In this document: positions 53,238 through 63,897 of the stretch, piece by piece
How the letters are laid out: each line of letters begins with the position of its first letter
Position numbering within the stretch: position 1 is the first letter of the stretch
NCBI GenBank assembly: GCA_963701855.1
Contig: CAVPBK010000004.1
Location: 224,001 to 288,000 of the forward strand
DNA from: Nitrospirota bacterium
Lineage (GTDB): Bacteria > Nitrospirota > Nitrospiria > Nitrospirales > Nitrospiraceae
Length of the DNA stretch: 64,000 nucleotides
Direction: 5' to 3'
Translations under genes and position numbers: made by a program
Notes under the pieces: model-generated
Databases searched by the model: none
What the model was told of the DNA's origin: nothing
The model's input: the letters and a program-made list of their open reading frames with translations, nothing else

Positions 53238-53708
53238 TCATCTATCTCCTTTGCGCCTCCTTAGGCTCCCTCCTATGCGGTCGCGCTCGTGCTCGAAGCC
53301 CAGGGCGATGTAGTACAGCGCGTAATCGAAGAACTGGCTGGCCAGGTGCAGCAGCTCCAACTCCCCGCGCAGTTCCATGGCGTTATCGGACAGACCTTCA
53401 CGCTGGACGAAATCGCGCACATGCTGCTTGGTGGCGGTGATGGCCCAGAAGACGTGGCTGTAGGCCACGCCCTGCTGGGCGCGGCGCGCGCCCAGCTCGG
53501 TGTAACGCCGCTCCACCTGGGTCTCGGCCTTGTCCAGCAGCCAGTCACACAGGTTGCGGTAGATCTCGCGGGTGCGGGCTTCGAGTTCGCTCGCCGGGAC
53601 TTTGTGCAAATCGCTGCACTGGGGAGCGTTCCAAGCCTTCTCGCTGAGCTCGCGAGAAAGCTGTTCGATGTGACTCTCGATAAGCTGCACCAATCGGACG
53701 GCAAGCAT
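53238..53708 (-). CDS. All-helical hypothetical protein (globin/RsbR-N-like fold possible)
   Basis: 156 aa, GGAG RBS, strongly GC3-biased codons, YTELGARRAQQGV motif. Confidence 0.75.
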   Translation of the reverse strand: MLAVRLVQLIESHIEQLSRELSEKAWNAPQCSDLHKVPASELEARTREIYRNLCDWLLDKAETQVERRYTELGARRAQQGVAYSHVFWAITATKQHVRDFVQREGLSDNAMELRGELELLHLASQFFDYALYYIALGFEHERDRIGGSLRRRKGDR

Positions 53709-53787
53709 GGAGCATCTCCAGGTAGAACAAGCGTCTGCGTAGGAAAATTCGCGAACCCCTAATTCTGGGCGGTGACTTTACTAGATA

Positions 53788-53962
53788 GATGGCACTAACG
53801 TCAATCACACATGGTCAAAGACGGTTGGTGATGGTGGTATCGGGAGTATGCGCCAGGTGACACATTGCTGGAAGGGTTAGAAGCGGAAGCACGAGAGACG
53901 AAGAAAGTCTTGTGGACCGATCCGCAGCCGGTGCCGCCGAGGGAGTGGCGGAAGAAGAAACG
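53788..53962 (+). pseudogene. Thermonuclease C-terminal fragment
   Basis: [54 protein letters not shown]. Confidence 0.85.
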
Positions 53963-54132
53963 ACGGTGGAGTCGAGCAAGACCATTTGTTCTGCTCCCTC
54001 TTTCTCACATCGGCAATGACATGAGCACGCCTCCTGAGACAATCCCCCCTCCTAAATCCCAGGAGGTCTACTTCCGAGGTACCTCCTATAGGTCTATCGC
54101 TGGGCATGCCGTGTGCTATCCTTTATTCATGA

Positions 54133-54414
54133 ATGACGAGTGCCAAGACCTGCACCAAAGAGATTGATCTACTCTGCTCACGCTGCCGAGATCTCATGGT
54201 AGAAGATCAATTCCTAGACCTTCAGGGCACATCTGGACAGATGTGGACAGCCAGCTGGCGGTGTATGAATTGCCGTCATGTCTACGACTCCGTGATCGTA
54301 CAGAATCGCCTGACCCGGCAGGAGAAGGTCTTGGCACTCCCAAGTGGTGAGCCGAACTATCAGGATAAAGAAGTCCATCTTGGAGCAGAGTCTTTTATCA
54401 GGAGAGCGGCCTGA
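54133..54414 (+). CDS. Zinc-ribbon paralog of 50333-50578; original start/RBS appears mutated (possible pseudogene)
   Basis: CSRC...WRCMNC...QEKVLALPSGEP...VHLGAES.IR.AA. AAGGAGG...ATGACCTGT of the other copy reads AAAGAGA...CTACTCTGC here. Confidence 0.6.
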   Translation: MTSAKTCTKEIDLLCSRCRDLMVEDQFLDLQGTSGQMWTASWRCMNCRHVYDSVIVQNRLTRQEKVLALPSGEPNYQDKEVHLGAESFIRRAA

Positions 54415-54435
54415 CGTAGCCGACATACAGCAAGG

Positions 54436-54732
54436 ATGAACGAACCTGAAGAGGGAGATGCGCTGATGCAAGCAAAAGGAAAACGGGAAATAATGACATA
54501 TCCGCAATCGGCGGGACACTTAGCCTTAGCCGATGAGAGCCTGGCCGTACTTCAACCACCCAAAGCCAAGACCCGCTCCCAGGTGCAGAGCGTAAGACAG
54601 GACAATACAGAGGAGGCTTCTGACGCTTACGCCCTGGCTCCCGCAACGGGAATGATTGTGGACATTGGGCTGTCAACCATGCTGTGGTGTCTCATCATTC
54701 TCACCATGTATTGGATTCATGTACAACTCTAA
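54436..54732 (+). CDS. Hypothetical protein with a C-terminal TM segment
   Basis: Hydrophobic end IGLSTMLWCLIILTMYWI. Start uncertain. Confidence 0.45.
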   Translation: MNEPEEGDALMQAKGKREIMTYPQSAGHLALADESLAVLQPPKAKTRSQVQSVRQDNTEEASDAYALAPATGMIVDIGLSTMLWCLIILTMYWIHVQL

Positions 54733-55005
54733 CCTCTAGGTTCAAGCCGCCCCCACTCGCATCCCGTACTCCCATGGGAGTGGCGGAAGAGGTGCAGGTG
54801 AGCGGAGAGTGTCGGGCCTGCTCCACTTTCCCCCTACTTCAGACAACGCTCCTCTTAGCTTTGCTCGTACACTAATGGCTAGGCATGGGGATCCCCGAAC
54901 AGGCTCCCGTCCTGCCGACAAAGCCCTCCCTTCCTCTCGCCACAGCACAGCGATGTAGATGAATGCCTGGGCGTGGAGGCTCAGAAGTGGTAGGCAGACT
55001 CTAAC

Positions 55006-55539
55006 TTAATTCCTTTTGATGCTTCCCGGAACCGAGGAGTTATAATTGGGATTAAGATTCTCCCAGACCCCGTGATGAGCTTCGCTCATCCCCCAGCCTC
55101 GCACGTAGAGGAGCGACAGCACCGGCTCAGTCTCGAATCGCTGCGTGCCCGTTACTTGTCCGACCACCGTTATTCGCGCCCACTGCCGATACTGGTGGGG
55201 GAATTGTTGCTTTACTGTCACCACCCAGTAGTTGCCAGATTCTGGACCATCCGTGTCGACGGGGTGGTGGGGTACATAATCTTGGTCCAGCGGTCGGTTC
55301 TTGACATGCAACCAGAGGTACTGCTCACTCTCTTCTTCTTCAATGATTGTTCCCCCCAACAGCACCACCTTCCCACGATACGTCTCTGGATGGGCGATCA
55401 GCGCGGTGAGCGTAGTGCCAGGCTCTGCCATCCGCACATATTGGCGCGGCACGGTGGTGCATCCCCAAAGGGCTACGGTCATGGTGATGGCCATTGTAAA
55501 GCGCGCAGACCGCCGTTGGAGCCAAGCACACGGAGTCAT
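55006..55539 (-). CDS. Slp-family outer-membrane lipoprotein
   Basis: LWG-C lipobox; PETYRGKVVLLGGTII, RPLD, ITVVGQVTG. Start uncertain. Confidence 0.8.
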   Translation of the reverse strand: MTPCAWLQRRSARFTMAITMTVALWGCTTVPRQYVRMAEPGTTLTALIAHPETYRGKVVLLGGTIIEEEESEQYLWLHVKNRPLDQDYVPHHPVDTDGPESGNYWVVTVKQQFPHQYRQWARITVVGQVTGTQRFETEPVLSLLYVRGWGMSEAHHGVWENLNPNYNSSVPGSIKRN

Positions 55540-56141
55540 AAGGCGATGTCCTTGGTTGGGTTGTGTTCGCAGTGAGCTGCCTGACATGCTGTGGTCCTCA
55601 CGTCTCGCCCGTGCAGAGATCATGTCGTCGTCTGACACCGGCGCGGCCAAGGCGAACAACCGCGCTACGATGTCGGCCCCACAAGACCTCTTTGAATATG
55701 ACAGGCAGGTTGTAAAAGGCATGGGAGCCGCATATGGAGGCGTATTGTAGGAGGATGGCGAAGAAAGGCGCAAGACCTACATGGGGGAATGGTACGAGCG
55801 ATAGCGGCGGGCTTACGAGGGACAGACTTGAAGAGGCGTCATCTAGACCGCCATGGCAACCCCTTGGATTTCAAAGCGTAGAAAAAGTAACAACGATGGT
55901 TGGATCGCTTACCCTCAACCAAATCGCACCTCGTACGACCCGGTTGCTCACCAGGCGAAGCCTCTCCCTCTTGTTACCGCCAGTCGCTTTAAGTCAGATC
56001 CCTTGGTACTGATAGCATTGCACCCAGTGTCAGCCGTGTGAGCTGGCGGAAGAGGCAAGAGCCTGAGCGGGCAAGCTCTTTTCTTGGCAATGGTACACAC
56101 CTGCATCGTTCTCATTGGAACAAGAATCGTTAGCTTAATCA

Positions 56142-56203
56142 GGTCGAGGGTGTCCTAGACGGCGACACCCTCGAAGGCCTGAACTCCCGAACGCATCCGT
56201 CTC
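56142..56203 (+). pseudogene. Thermonuclease N-terminal fragment
   Basis: VEGVLDGDTLE..|PERIRL. Confidence 0.6.
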
Positions 56204-56284
56204 CCGCAGTCCCAATGACACACAAAAGAATGCCGCGACCCACTCAATCTTAAGAATGAGGAGGCGCAACATTCTAGCGTGCCA

Positions 56285-56371
56285 TCATTTGTCATATGGC
56301 CACCACAAAATCATAGACGCCCCTAATACGAACACGCCGACTAAACCACCGAAGGCAAGAGCAATTTCCAT
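56285..56371 (-). CDS. 28-aa single-TM small protein (not in the ORF track)
   Basis: GGAGG RBS; MEIALAFGGLVGVFVLGASMILWWPYDK*. Confidence 0.45.
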   Translation of the reverse strand: MEIALAFGGLVGVFVLGASMILWWPYDK

Positions 56372-56498
56372 AATAACCTCCAAGGGTAGATGGTGGATTC
56401 GACTATGGTTTTCTCTGAATCGGCTGATTTCAGTAGGCCATAGCCGCTGCTTTGATACCACAAGCGCCTGTATAGGTCAACTAGCAGTACTAGCGCCA

Positions 56499-56625
56499 AT
56501 AACTCACTGGTGAATAACGGTTGGTGGTGGTATCGAAAGTATGCGCCGGGTGAGCTTGAGAAGCTAGAAAAGGAAGCGCGAAACGTGAAAAATGGCTTGT
56601 GGGCCGACCCCAAGCCGGTGCCCCC
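56499..56625 (+). pseudogene. Thermonuclease C-terminal fragment
   Basis: NSLVNNGWWWYRKYAPGELEKLEKEARNVKNGLWADPKPVPP. Confidence 0.8.
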
Positions 56626-56847
56626 GAGAGTCACGAAAGAGGAAATCATGCTAGGAGGCAGGCGTCATTTTCTGGCATTAGCGCGCGCCTTTGTCGCTCG
56701 ATCGGCGCCAGAATCGTGGGGCAAAATAAATCCGGTTGGGGGCGTCATCCACAAACCAAGCTCGCTCGACCCGAAGCCATAATGTGGTTCTTGGCGACGG
56801 GATACGCCCCTCATGAGATCTGCTTCAGAGGCTAGTTTCGTGTGACG

Positions 56848-57018
56848 CTGAGTGCTCAAAAAATCCGTCCATCAAGATCGCAGCGAACCATCACTGTACA
56901 AATGGTGGCTGGGATGATCCCAACTGCGCGCGTCCAACGAGGGCCTTCTGAGGCCGCGCGTTGCGCGAGCACAGGGATCGTCCCAGTTCCCCCGCCTCTT
57001 TTTTCAGCACCCTGCTAG
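56848..57018. repeat. Second MITE/REP-like element related to 46836-46963
   Basis: Left end TGCTCAAAAAATCCGTCCA.CAAG..CGCAGC, right end TTTTCAGCACCCTGCTAG. Internal stem CTGGGATGATCCC...GGGATCGTCCCAG. Confidence 0.7.
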
Positions 57019-57021
57019 TAT

Positions 57022-57351
57022 TCATCTACGATACACCACGGTGACCTGGGCGAGAAAGTCGATGAGTTCAGCGGTGTGCCGTCGGATCGCGCTCCGGTCT
57101 TCTCGCGCTGCCGCGTGCTCCAAAGCCTCCCCTATCGTACTGATGGCGTCGAACCCGTATCCTCCTCCGTCCCCTTTCATACGATGACCGATCATACGAA
57201 TTGGCGCCAGATTATTTTGTTGCAACGCAGTTTCGAGTGCCTGCACGTCACGTTGACGATTCTCCAGAAATCCCGGAACGATCTCTTCAAGGCCCGGGTC
57301 GATGTACACGGTGATACCATTCACGGCACGTCTGTTCGGTCCCGTGGTCAT
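57022..57351 (-). CDS. Hpt phosphotransfer protein
   Basis: [17 protein letters not shown]pt motif. Start overlaps the kinase stop. Confidence 0.92.
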   Translation of the reverse strand: MTTGPNRRAVNGITVYIDPGLEEIVPGFLENRQRDVQALETALQQNNLAPIRMIGHRMKGDGGGYGFDAISTIGEALEHAAAREDRSAIRRHTAELIDFLAQVTVVYRR

Positions 57352-60300
57352 AGAGTACGCCTTCCGTTACAAGCCTGGAGGACTTCTAGGAGGGTGTGCT
57401 TCTTGATGGGTTTGGTCAAGTGGGCATTGCAGCCGGCTTCAAGAATCTTGACCCCGTCTTCTTTGAGTGCCAGAGCGGTCAAGGCAATCACCTGTGTGGG
57501 AGGGAGATCATGCTCCCGTTCCCAGGCCCGGATTGCTTTTGTAGCCTCATAGCCATCCATCACCGGCATCTGCACATCCATCAGGATGAGGTCGTAGTAG
57601 CCATTCTTGAATAGCTCCAATGCGATGGCTCCGTTATCCGCGATTTCGAGGCGATAGGGAGTCTGCTTCAAATAGGAACGGATCAGCAACTGATTGTCCG
57701 TGGAATCTTCTACCAATAAGATGCGAAGTGCCCTGACTTCGGTAGGAATTGTAGGAGCACCTGATGCTGAAGCAGTCGTAAGTTGGATGCCCTTAGAACG
57801 CTCAAGAGCGATGCTGATGGTCTGGAGCAGATCCGATGTCCTGATTGGTTTGATCAAATAGCCACCCAACCCCATGTCATAGGTCCTGGCGATATCGTCG
57901 GCCCAATGGTCAGAGGCCATCATCACAATCGTCAGACCCTGGGCAGGGCCGGCCCGCCTGATCTCTTCAGCGACCTGGAACCCATCTATCTCCGGCATGC
58001 GACAGTCGAGAAGCAAGAGCTTGTATGGCCGCGCCGAAGCAGCAGCTCGCCGCCATTCTTCGATGGCCTCACGACCGGACGCAGTATCCGTCACCTCAGC
58101 TCCCAAGGCCGCCAACGTTTGGCGAAGGATCATGCGGTTGGTGGCGTGATCATCGACTACGAGGGTTTTGACGCCTTGAAGATTAAGGGCAGACTTGTCG
58201 TGTGTGGGTGTTGGGCTGGATTGCACCGCAAGCTGCACACAGCAATGAAATGTGCTGCCCTCTCCGAGAGTGCTCTCCACCCAGATTCGTCCGTTCATAA
58301 GCTCGGCTAATTGCCTTGAAATGGTCAGGCCTAAACCGGTTCCCCCATACTTGCGCGTCGTTGAAGCGTGTGCTTGCGTGAAGCTATCAAAAATGACCGC
58401 GAGCTTGTCGGGCGGAATACCAATCCCTGTATCGCTAACAGAAAATCGAATGGCTCCGGGAATGGGGAGTTCCGGAGCCTGCATGACCCACACCGTGACA
58501 GACCCACTGTCGGTGAATTTGATCGCATTGCTGATGAGATTGATGAGGATCTGGTGGAGCCTAGTGGGGTCTCCAATCACGGCACGAGGGACGTCAGGCG
58601 TTAGGTGGCAGGCAAGCTCGAGACCTTTTTCATTGGCGCGCATGGCGAGAATCTCGATAGCTTTCTCAACCAGGTCACTCAAATCAAAGTCAGTTGATTC
58701 CAGCTCCAGATGGCCGACCTCGACTTTTGACAGGTCGAGAATATCGTTGATCAGATTCAATAGATTTCCGCCGGCGCGGCGGAAAATGCGCAAGTATTTT
58801 CTTTGCTCGGGGGTCAGATCCGTCTCCCATAATAGATCGGCCATGCCTATAATGGCGTTCATGGGTGTCCGAATCTCGTGACTGACGCTGGCAAGGAATT
58901 CATTTTTTGCTGCGCTCGCAATTTCCGCTCTCTCCTTCGCCTGGCGCAGGGCTCTCTCTGATTCCCCGCGTTCCATGGCTTCCATCGCGAGAGTCACCAT
59001 CGTGGCGAATGACGCGGCAACAGTCATTTCATCAGCGGTCCATGTGCGACGCGCACCGAGGTATTCATGGCACAAAACGCCAACCGTTTTCCCTTTGTGT
59101 CTGATCGGCGCATCGAGCATCGCGCCGATCCCGAGCGGCGTGAGATACGACGATGAAAATTCACAGGTGCGGGGATCGAATTGAGCATCGTGAGCGGCGA
59201 GAGTATTTTCTTCCCTCTCCAACGCCTGAAAGTAAGACGGGAATTGGCTGGCCAGGAGAACGGTTCCTGCACTATGCTGACGGGTGAGAACCTCGTACAG
59301 ATCTTGCAGTTGGATGGCTGAGCGGTCTTCCTGGAACAGCCAGATGCTTGCGCGCTCGACCGCCAACACGCGGCTCGCCGTCTCGGTGATGGCCCGAAAC
59401 GCTTGGTGGAGGTCTCCGGAGATGATCGCCTGGCTCTGGGTCAATTCGAGCAGCCCGGCCTGAAGTTCTTGGAGCAAACTGAAGCGCCGCCTTTCTTGCC
59501 TGGCTACTCGTTTGCTCTCTGTAATGTCACGGCATGTGCAGATGACGTCGGATTTATGTCCGTCGCCACGGGTGAATTGCTGCCAGGCAACTTCGACGTC
59601 GAACGGTTCACTAGTCTTCTTTCTGCCAACCAATTCGCCTCGCCAATATCCGACACGTACCATGAAGGGGAGATGGTGTTGCTCGATCGTGACCTGTTGC
59701 TCAGGACTGTAGAGATCCCTCCACGACGTTCCAATCAATTCTTCAACTTTGTAGCCATACATGGCGGCGTAGGCCTGATTCATATAGGTGTACAATCCAT
59801 CGGCATTCAGAATGGCAAGACCTTCCATGCCGTGATCCACAGCGCGCTGGAGTTGAACCAGCGTCTCATGCACACGTTTCTGCTCAGTGATATCTTCCGA
59901 AATGCCGAGCAAATACCGGGGGTGTCCCTGCTGGTCCACAATGGGGATTTTTTTCGTATGAAGTATCCGCCGCCCTCTCTTTCTCGTCTCCAGGGGTTCT
60001 TCTGGAATATCAACGAGACTTCCACTCCCAAGAACTTCCCGATCCTTGCTCGTAAAAAAGTCGGCTTCTGCCTTCGAAAAGAAGTCGTAATCGTTCTTGC
60101 CTAGCAGATCATCGCGCGAGTACCCAAGCAGATCCTCGCCGGCACGATTGAATTGAACGAACCGGAGATCTTGAGCATCCTTCACAAAAATCATATGCGG
60201 AATGTTCTCAAGAATTGACTGCATGAAGCGCTCCGTCCCCTGCACCTCCTGCTCAATGCGTTTGCGCTCAGTGATATCATTTCCGACCGCTAGGATGCCT

Positions 60301-60779
60301 CGTACTTTGCCCGTGCCGACAACGATACGACTGACACCCCACAAAAGTGTGTGCCGGCCACCCTTCCGGTCGATGACCTCATGTTCATACGCGGGAGTGG
60401 GCACCCCTTCAAGCACCTTGCGCATGATAGCAGACACTGCCTCGCGGATTTCTTTGGGCAAGAAGGTTGTGAGGTAATCTTTCCCCATGACCTTTTCTCT
60501 AGACCAGCCATAGATTCGTTCAGCTGCGCGATTCCACTCGAAGATCCGGCACTTGGGCGTCAGCCCAATGATCACGCTTGGGCTGGTTTCCAATAAGCTG
60601 CGATAACAGTCTTCGCCCGAAGGCCGCGCCTGCCCGATAGCGCGCGGACCAAGATAGCTGGTGGCTGGAACACGAATTCGTGCAGAGGGTCTGTTTCGTT
60701 GTAGCGCTTCGGCGTGGCGTGGAGATTGACTCTTTTGGGTAGAGTTCGAACGAGAGATAGTCTTGGATCGCTTGATCAT
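57348..60779 (-). CDS. Hybrid sensor histidine kinase (3 PAS, GAF, HisKA, HATPase, 2 REC)
   Basis: [36 protein letters not shown]. Three PAS/PAC repeats ending in DITE, a GAF (MLDAPI) and two receiver domains. Confidence 0.96.
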   Translation of the reverse strand: MIKRSKTISRSNSTQKSQSPRHAEALQRNRPSARIRVPATSYLGPRAIGQARPSGEDCYRSLLETSPSVIIGLTPKCRIFEWNRAAERIYGWSREKVMGKDYLTTFLPKEIREAVSAIMRKVLEGVPTPAYEHEVIDRKGGRHTLLWGVSRIVVGTGKVRGILAVGNDITERKRIEQEVQGTERFMQSILENIPHMIFVKDAQDLRFVQFNRAGEDLLGYSRDDLLGKNDYDFFSKAEADFFTSKDREVLGSGSLVDIPEEPLETRKRGRRILHTKKIPIVDQQGHPRYLLGISEDITEQKRVHETLVQLQRAVDHGMEGLAILNADGLYTYMNQAYAAMYGYKVEELIGTSWRDLYSPEQQVTIEQHHLPFMVRVGYWRGELVGRKKTSEPFDVEVAWQQFTRGDGHKSDVICTCRDITESKRVARQERRRFSLLQELQAGLLELTQSQAIISGDLHQAFRAITETASRVLAVERASIWLFQEDRSAIQLQDLYEVLTRQHSAGTVLLASQFPSYFQALEREENTLAAHDAQFDPRTCEFSSSYLTPLGIGAMLDAPIRHKGKTVGVLCHEYLGARRTWTADEMTVAASFATMVTLAMEAMERGESERALRQAKERAEIASAAKNEFLASVSHEIRTPMNAIIGMADLLWETDLTPEQRKYLRIFRRAGGNLLNLINDILDLSKVEVGHLELESTDFDLSDLVEKAIEILAMRANEKGLELACHLTPDVPRAVIGDPTRLHQILINLISNAIKFTDSGSVTVWVMQAPELPIPGAIRFSVSDTGIGIPPDKLAVIFDSFTQAHASTTRKYGGTGLGLTISRQLAELMNGRIWVESTLGEGSTFHCCVQLAVQSSPTPTHDKSALNLQGVKTLVVDDHATNRMILRQTLAALGAEVTDTASGREAIEEWRRAAASARPYKLLLLDCRMPEIDGFQVAEEIRRAGPAQGLTIVMMASDHWADDIARTYDMGLGGYLIKPIRTSDLLQTISIALERSKGIQLTTASASGAPTIPTEVRALRILLVEDSTDNQLLIRSYLKQTPYRLEIADNGAIALELFKNGYYDLILMDVQMPVMDGYEATKAIRAWEREHDLPPTQVIALTALALKEDGVKILEAGCNAHLTKPIKKHTLLEVLQACNGRRTL

Positions 60780-60852
60780 AGACTGCGGTGCAAGGATGGC
60801 TGTTCGGCCAAGGAACTTACATTATGGATGGCCCTGCGACAGTACCGAGCCA

Positions 60853-61860
60853 TCATGTGTCGTGGTTGTGTGGGACCAGGGTGAGAACGCCGGCTTGCTT
60901 AGCCCTGTTTCTGCCTTCTTGTTTGGCTTGATAGAGCGCTTGATCTGCCGCCTTGATCAAATCGGTGGTAGAAGCGTTCCGGCTTGGGATGGTACTGGCG
61001 AAGCCCGCGCTGATGGTGGTGCAGCCACCATCGGGGTGCGTAATGCCGAGAGCCTCAATTCGTTGCCGAAGCGTTTCCGCCACCTGCGCCGCTCCTTCCG
61101 TGCGGGTACCGGGAAGCACGACCACGAATTCGTCGCCGCCGTATCGAGCAACCAGGTCTCCTGGTCTGTTGACGGCTCCTGAGATCATGGCTGCAACCTG
61201 CCGGAGACATTCGTCGCCCGACGTATGCCCGAGGGTATCGTTGTAGGATTTGAAACGATCAATATCGAGCATGATCAAAGAGAGCGGCGTCAATTCGCGG
61301 ACGGCACGGCGCCATTCCTGGTCCAGGAAGTCGTCAAATTGCCGGCGGTTAGTAATGCCGGTGAGGCCGTCAAGACAGGACAGGCGCAGCAGCATCTGGT
61401 TCGCTTCCTGGAGTTGACGCATGACCTCAAGAAGCTCCTGCTCACGGGCCCGGCGCCGGTCGATTTCGTGGACCAGCCGCAAGACCGATCGGATGCGAGT
61501 CAAGAGCTCGATCTTGTTGATGGGTTTTCCGATGTAGTCGAGCGCGCCTGCAGCAAAGGCAAGTTGAAGATCGACGGGATCGGTTTTCACGGTGACCATC
61601 ATGATAGGCGTGTCACGGAATCGCTCGACCGCCTTGATCTGGCGGCAGGCTTCGATGCCGCTCATTTCCGGCATGACGATGTCCATGAGGATCAGGTCGA
61701 CTCGAGTGGCAGCGCCATGCTTCCCGTCATCGAAACCCAGCAAACGGAATGCTGCGGCAGCCGAGTCGGCGACCAGAAGATGGTCGTAGCCGGCAGCCGA
61801 CAGGATCGACTGAAGCAAGAGGCGGTCATCTGCAGAATCATCGACTATTAAGATGCTCAT
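60853..61860 (-). CDS. REC-GGDEF diguanylate cyclase
   Basis: REC, then [25 protein letters not shown]-site and ARYGGDEF. Confidence 0.95.
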   Translation of the reverse strand: MSILIVDDSADDRLLLQSILSAAGYDHLLVADSAAAAFRLLGFDDGKHGAATRVDLILMDIVMPEMSGIEACRQIKAVERFRDTPIMMVTVKTDPVDLQLAFAAGALDYIGKPINKIELLTRIRSVLRLVHEIDRRRAREQELLEVMRQLQEANQMLLRLSCLDGLTGITNRRQFDDFLDQEWRRAVRELTPLSLIMLDIDRFKSYNDTLGHTSGDECLRQVAAMISGAVNRPGDLVARYGGDEFVVVLPGTRTEGAAQVAETLRQRIEALGITHPDGGCTTISAGFASTIPSRNASTTDLIKAADQALYQAKQEGRNRAKQAGVLTLVPHNHDT

Positions 61861-61910
61861 GCGCTCTGACTCCAGTGAATACGAGTGGTGAGCCGGAGAA
61901 ATCGTACCAA

Positions 61911-62549
61911 CTAGTCCTGGTAAACTCCAGGATAAAGCTTTTTGACACAAGGCTGACAGATGCCGTGGCTGAATTCAGCCTCGGAATGTTCGCCGATATA
62001 TTCTTCCAGCTGTTGCCAAAATCCGCCGTCATTGCGGATCTTTTTACAGGATGCACAGATGGGGATGAGCCCTCTGAGAACTTTGACATCCCGCAGAGCT
62101 TTTTGCAGCTCATCGTTGCTTCGACGAAGCTCTCCTTCTCGCGCTTTGCGGCAATCCATTTCTTTTTTCAGCGCGAGCGCGGAGGAGGCTCGTGCCAAGA
62201 GTTCCATGCTGTTCACCGGCTTGGTGATGTAATCATTCGCTCCCGCTGCAAAGGCAGCTTGAAGATTGGAGAGATCGGTTTTAGCCGTGACCATAATGAT
62301 GGGAATATCGCACAGATGCGGCCGGCTCTTTATCTGGCGACAGGCTTCAACTCCATCCAGCTCCGGCATGAGGACGTCCATCAGAATCAAGTCAATCTTG
62401 GTGGACGGCTCATGGCCGTCCATGCCAAGCATGGGGAATGCGGCCTTTGCCGAGTCAGCGCTCAGAAGATCCGCATGGCCGGCCTTCCCAAGGATCGCGC
62501 GAAGGAGTACCTGTTGGTCTGGAGAATCGTCAACGATAAGAATGCCCAT
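61911..62549 (-). CDS. Response regulator with a C-terminal CxxC...HxxCxxC domain
   Basis: REC, coiled coil, then [11 protein letters not shown]...SHGICQPC. Confidence 0.92.
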   Translation of the reverse strand: MGILIVDDSPDQQVLLRAILGKAGHADLLSADSAKAAFPMLGMDGHEPSTKIDLILMDVLMPELDGVEACRQIKSRPHLCDIPIIMVTAKTDLSNLQAAFAAGANDYITKPVNSMELLARASSALALKKEMDCRKAREGELRRSNDELQKALRDVKVLRGLIPICASCKKIRNDGGFWQQLEEYIGEHSEAEFSHGICQPCVKKLYPGVYQD

Positions 62550-62621
62550 GCCGACTCCTGTCAGGCGCTCGCATAGAGTCTGCGAGCAATCACCTTATCA
62601 GTATAGCAGGCGCCCATGGGG

Positions 62622-63068
62622 CTACTGGAGCTTGGCTCGAACAAGATCGCTGATCTGCTTGCCATCTACTGGCCGGCCGGCCACACGAACCATCACGGCT
62701 TTCATCACCGCGCCCATCTCTTTCAGCGATTGAGCGCCTGTTTCCTGAATGATCGCATCCACAACGGTGGAGAGCTGCTCGGCAGAGAGGGCCTGAGGGA
62801 GATAGGATTCGAGAATGGTGATTTCCTGTCGTTCTTTTGCAGCGAGTTCTGCTCGGTTACCTTTTTCAAATTGCTCGACCGATTCCCGGCGTTGCTTGAT
62901 CATGGTCGTCATGACGCGGCTCATTTCGGCATCATCGAGATCCTTTTTGATCTCCATTTCCTTGTTCATCACGGCGGCCTTGATCATGCGAATCACGTCC
63001 ATCCGCAGTTGGTCGCGAGCCTTCATCGCCAGCTTCAGATCTTCGGTCAGACGGTCGTGTAGGGACAT
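62622..63068 (-). CDS. yqeY: GatB/YqeY domain protein
   Basis: MSLHDRLTEDLKLAMKARD, KQRRESVEQF, YLPQAL, MGAVMK. Confidence 0.93.
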   Translation of the reverse strand: MSLHDRLTEDLKLAMKARDQLRMDVIRMIKAAVMNKEMEIKKDLDDAEMSRVMTTMIKQRRESVEQFEKGNRAELAAKERQEITILESYLPQALSAEQLSTVVDAIIQETGAQSLKEMGAVMKAVMVRVAGRPVDGKQISDLVRAKLQ

Positions 63069-63255
63069 CAGAATCTCGCGGGTAAGAGGGCTTGGTTGGG
63101 GTGGAGAATACCCCTTCATTCGGCATCAGTCAATGTACGGTCTCACCGGTGCAGCCGTCTACCCGGCGTGGTTTTCATGTCGAGCGGGGAGTATGATATT
63201 ACCAAGACTAGGTTACGGCTCGAAACAAGATGGAAGAATATATGAAGGAACGACT

Positions 63256-63897
63256 ATGGTGAGGCAACGCTCAGCGGTTGAGCTGATGACAGCCCTTACG
63301 GTGGCAGTTCTCGTGGCGAATTGTGCAAGTGTCGCCACTCAGACAAGTCCGGCGTTCTGGCTCCGTTCAGCACCTCCGCTAGCGCCCATCCCTGCCGATG
63401 TCCAGCAAATGGCGATGCTGTATCCGTGTGGAGGGACGCCTGCCTGGTCCAACGCCTATGGCCACTTGGAGGGAGCGGCATTCCAGTTCAAGACATTTCG
63501 CCCGAATCTGAGGATCATCGATCACTCCCTTATGCAAACCATCGTCTCGGAACATTGCTTTCAGGTTGGCGGACTAGTCTCCGAAGATAGTGCCGTCCGC
63601 ATCGGGCAAATCTTGGGGATAGACAGCCTGTTGATCTATCGAATCGAAGGGCCAACGATGCGCGACCGATTCTTTGTACGCCAGCATCGCGATCTTCCTC
63701 CGGCAACCATCACGAGTAAAATTACTTGAGTCGAGCATGGGGAAGTCGTCTATCCAACGTAGTCACAGCGCATGGAGATGAGGCTGAGGGAGTTGGGTGA
63801 TCACTCTCAGACAATATCGGCTATCATCGATGGAATCGCGAGGCATTAGACCGTGGCATCATACAGACGGTTCATAATTTGCGTCGCGCATTTGATT
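63256..63897 (+). pseudogene. CsgG/TolB-like lipoprotein, disrupted
   Basis: Lipobox-like VAN-C and AVRIGQILGIDSLL. Stops at 63727-63729, while coding-like sequence (VEHGEVVY) continues. Confidence 0.55.

Noticed and set aside
56144..56173. Inverted repeat TCGAGGGTGTC / GACACCCTCGA as a recombination site
   Set aside because: It lies inside the VEGVLDGDTLE-coding fragment and is not preserved in the copy near 47100, so it may be coincidental.
46997..56625. CRISPR array or classical integron
   Set aside because: The repeats are degenerate coding fragments with irregular kb-scale spacing. I saw no cas genes, intI or attC-like sites.
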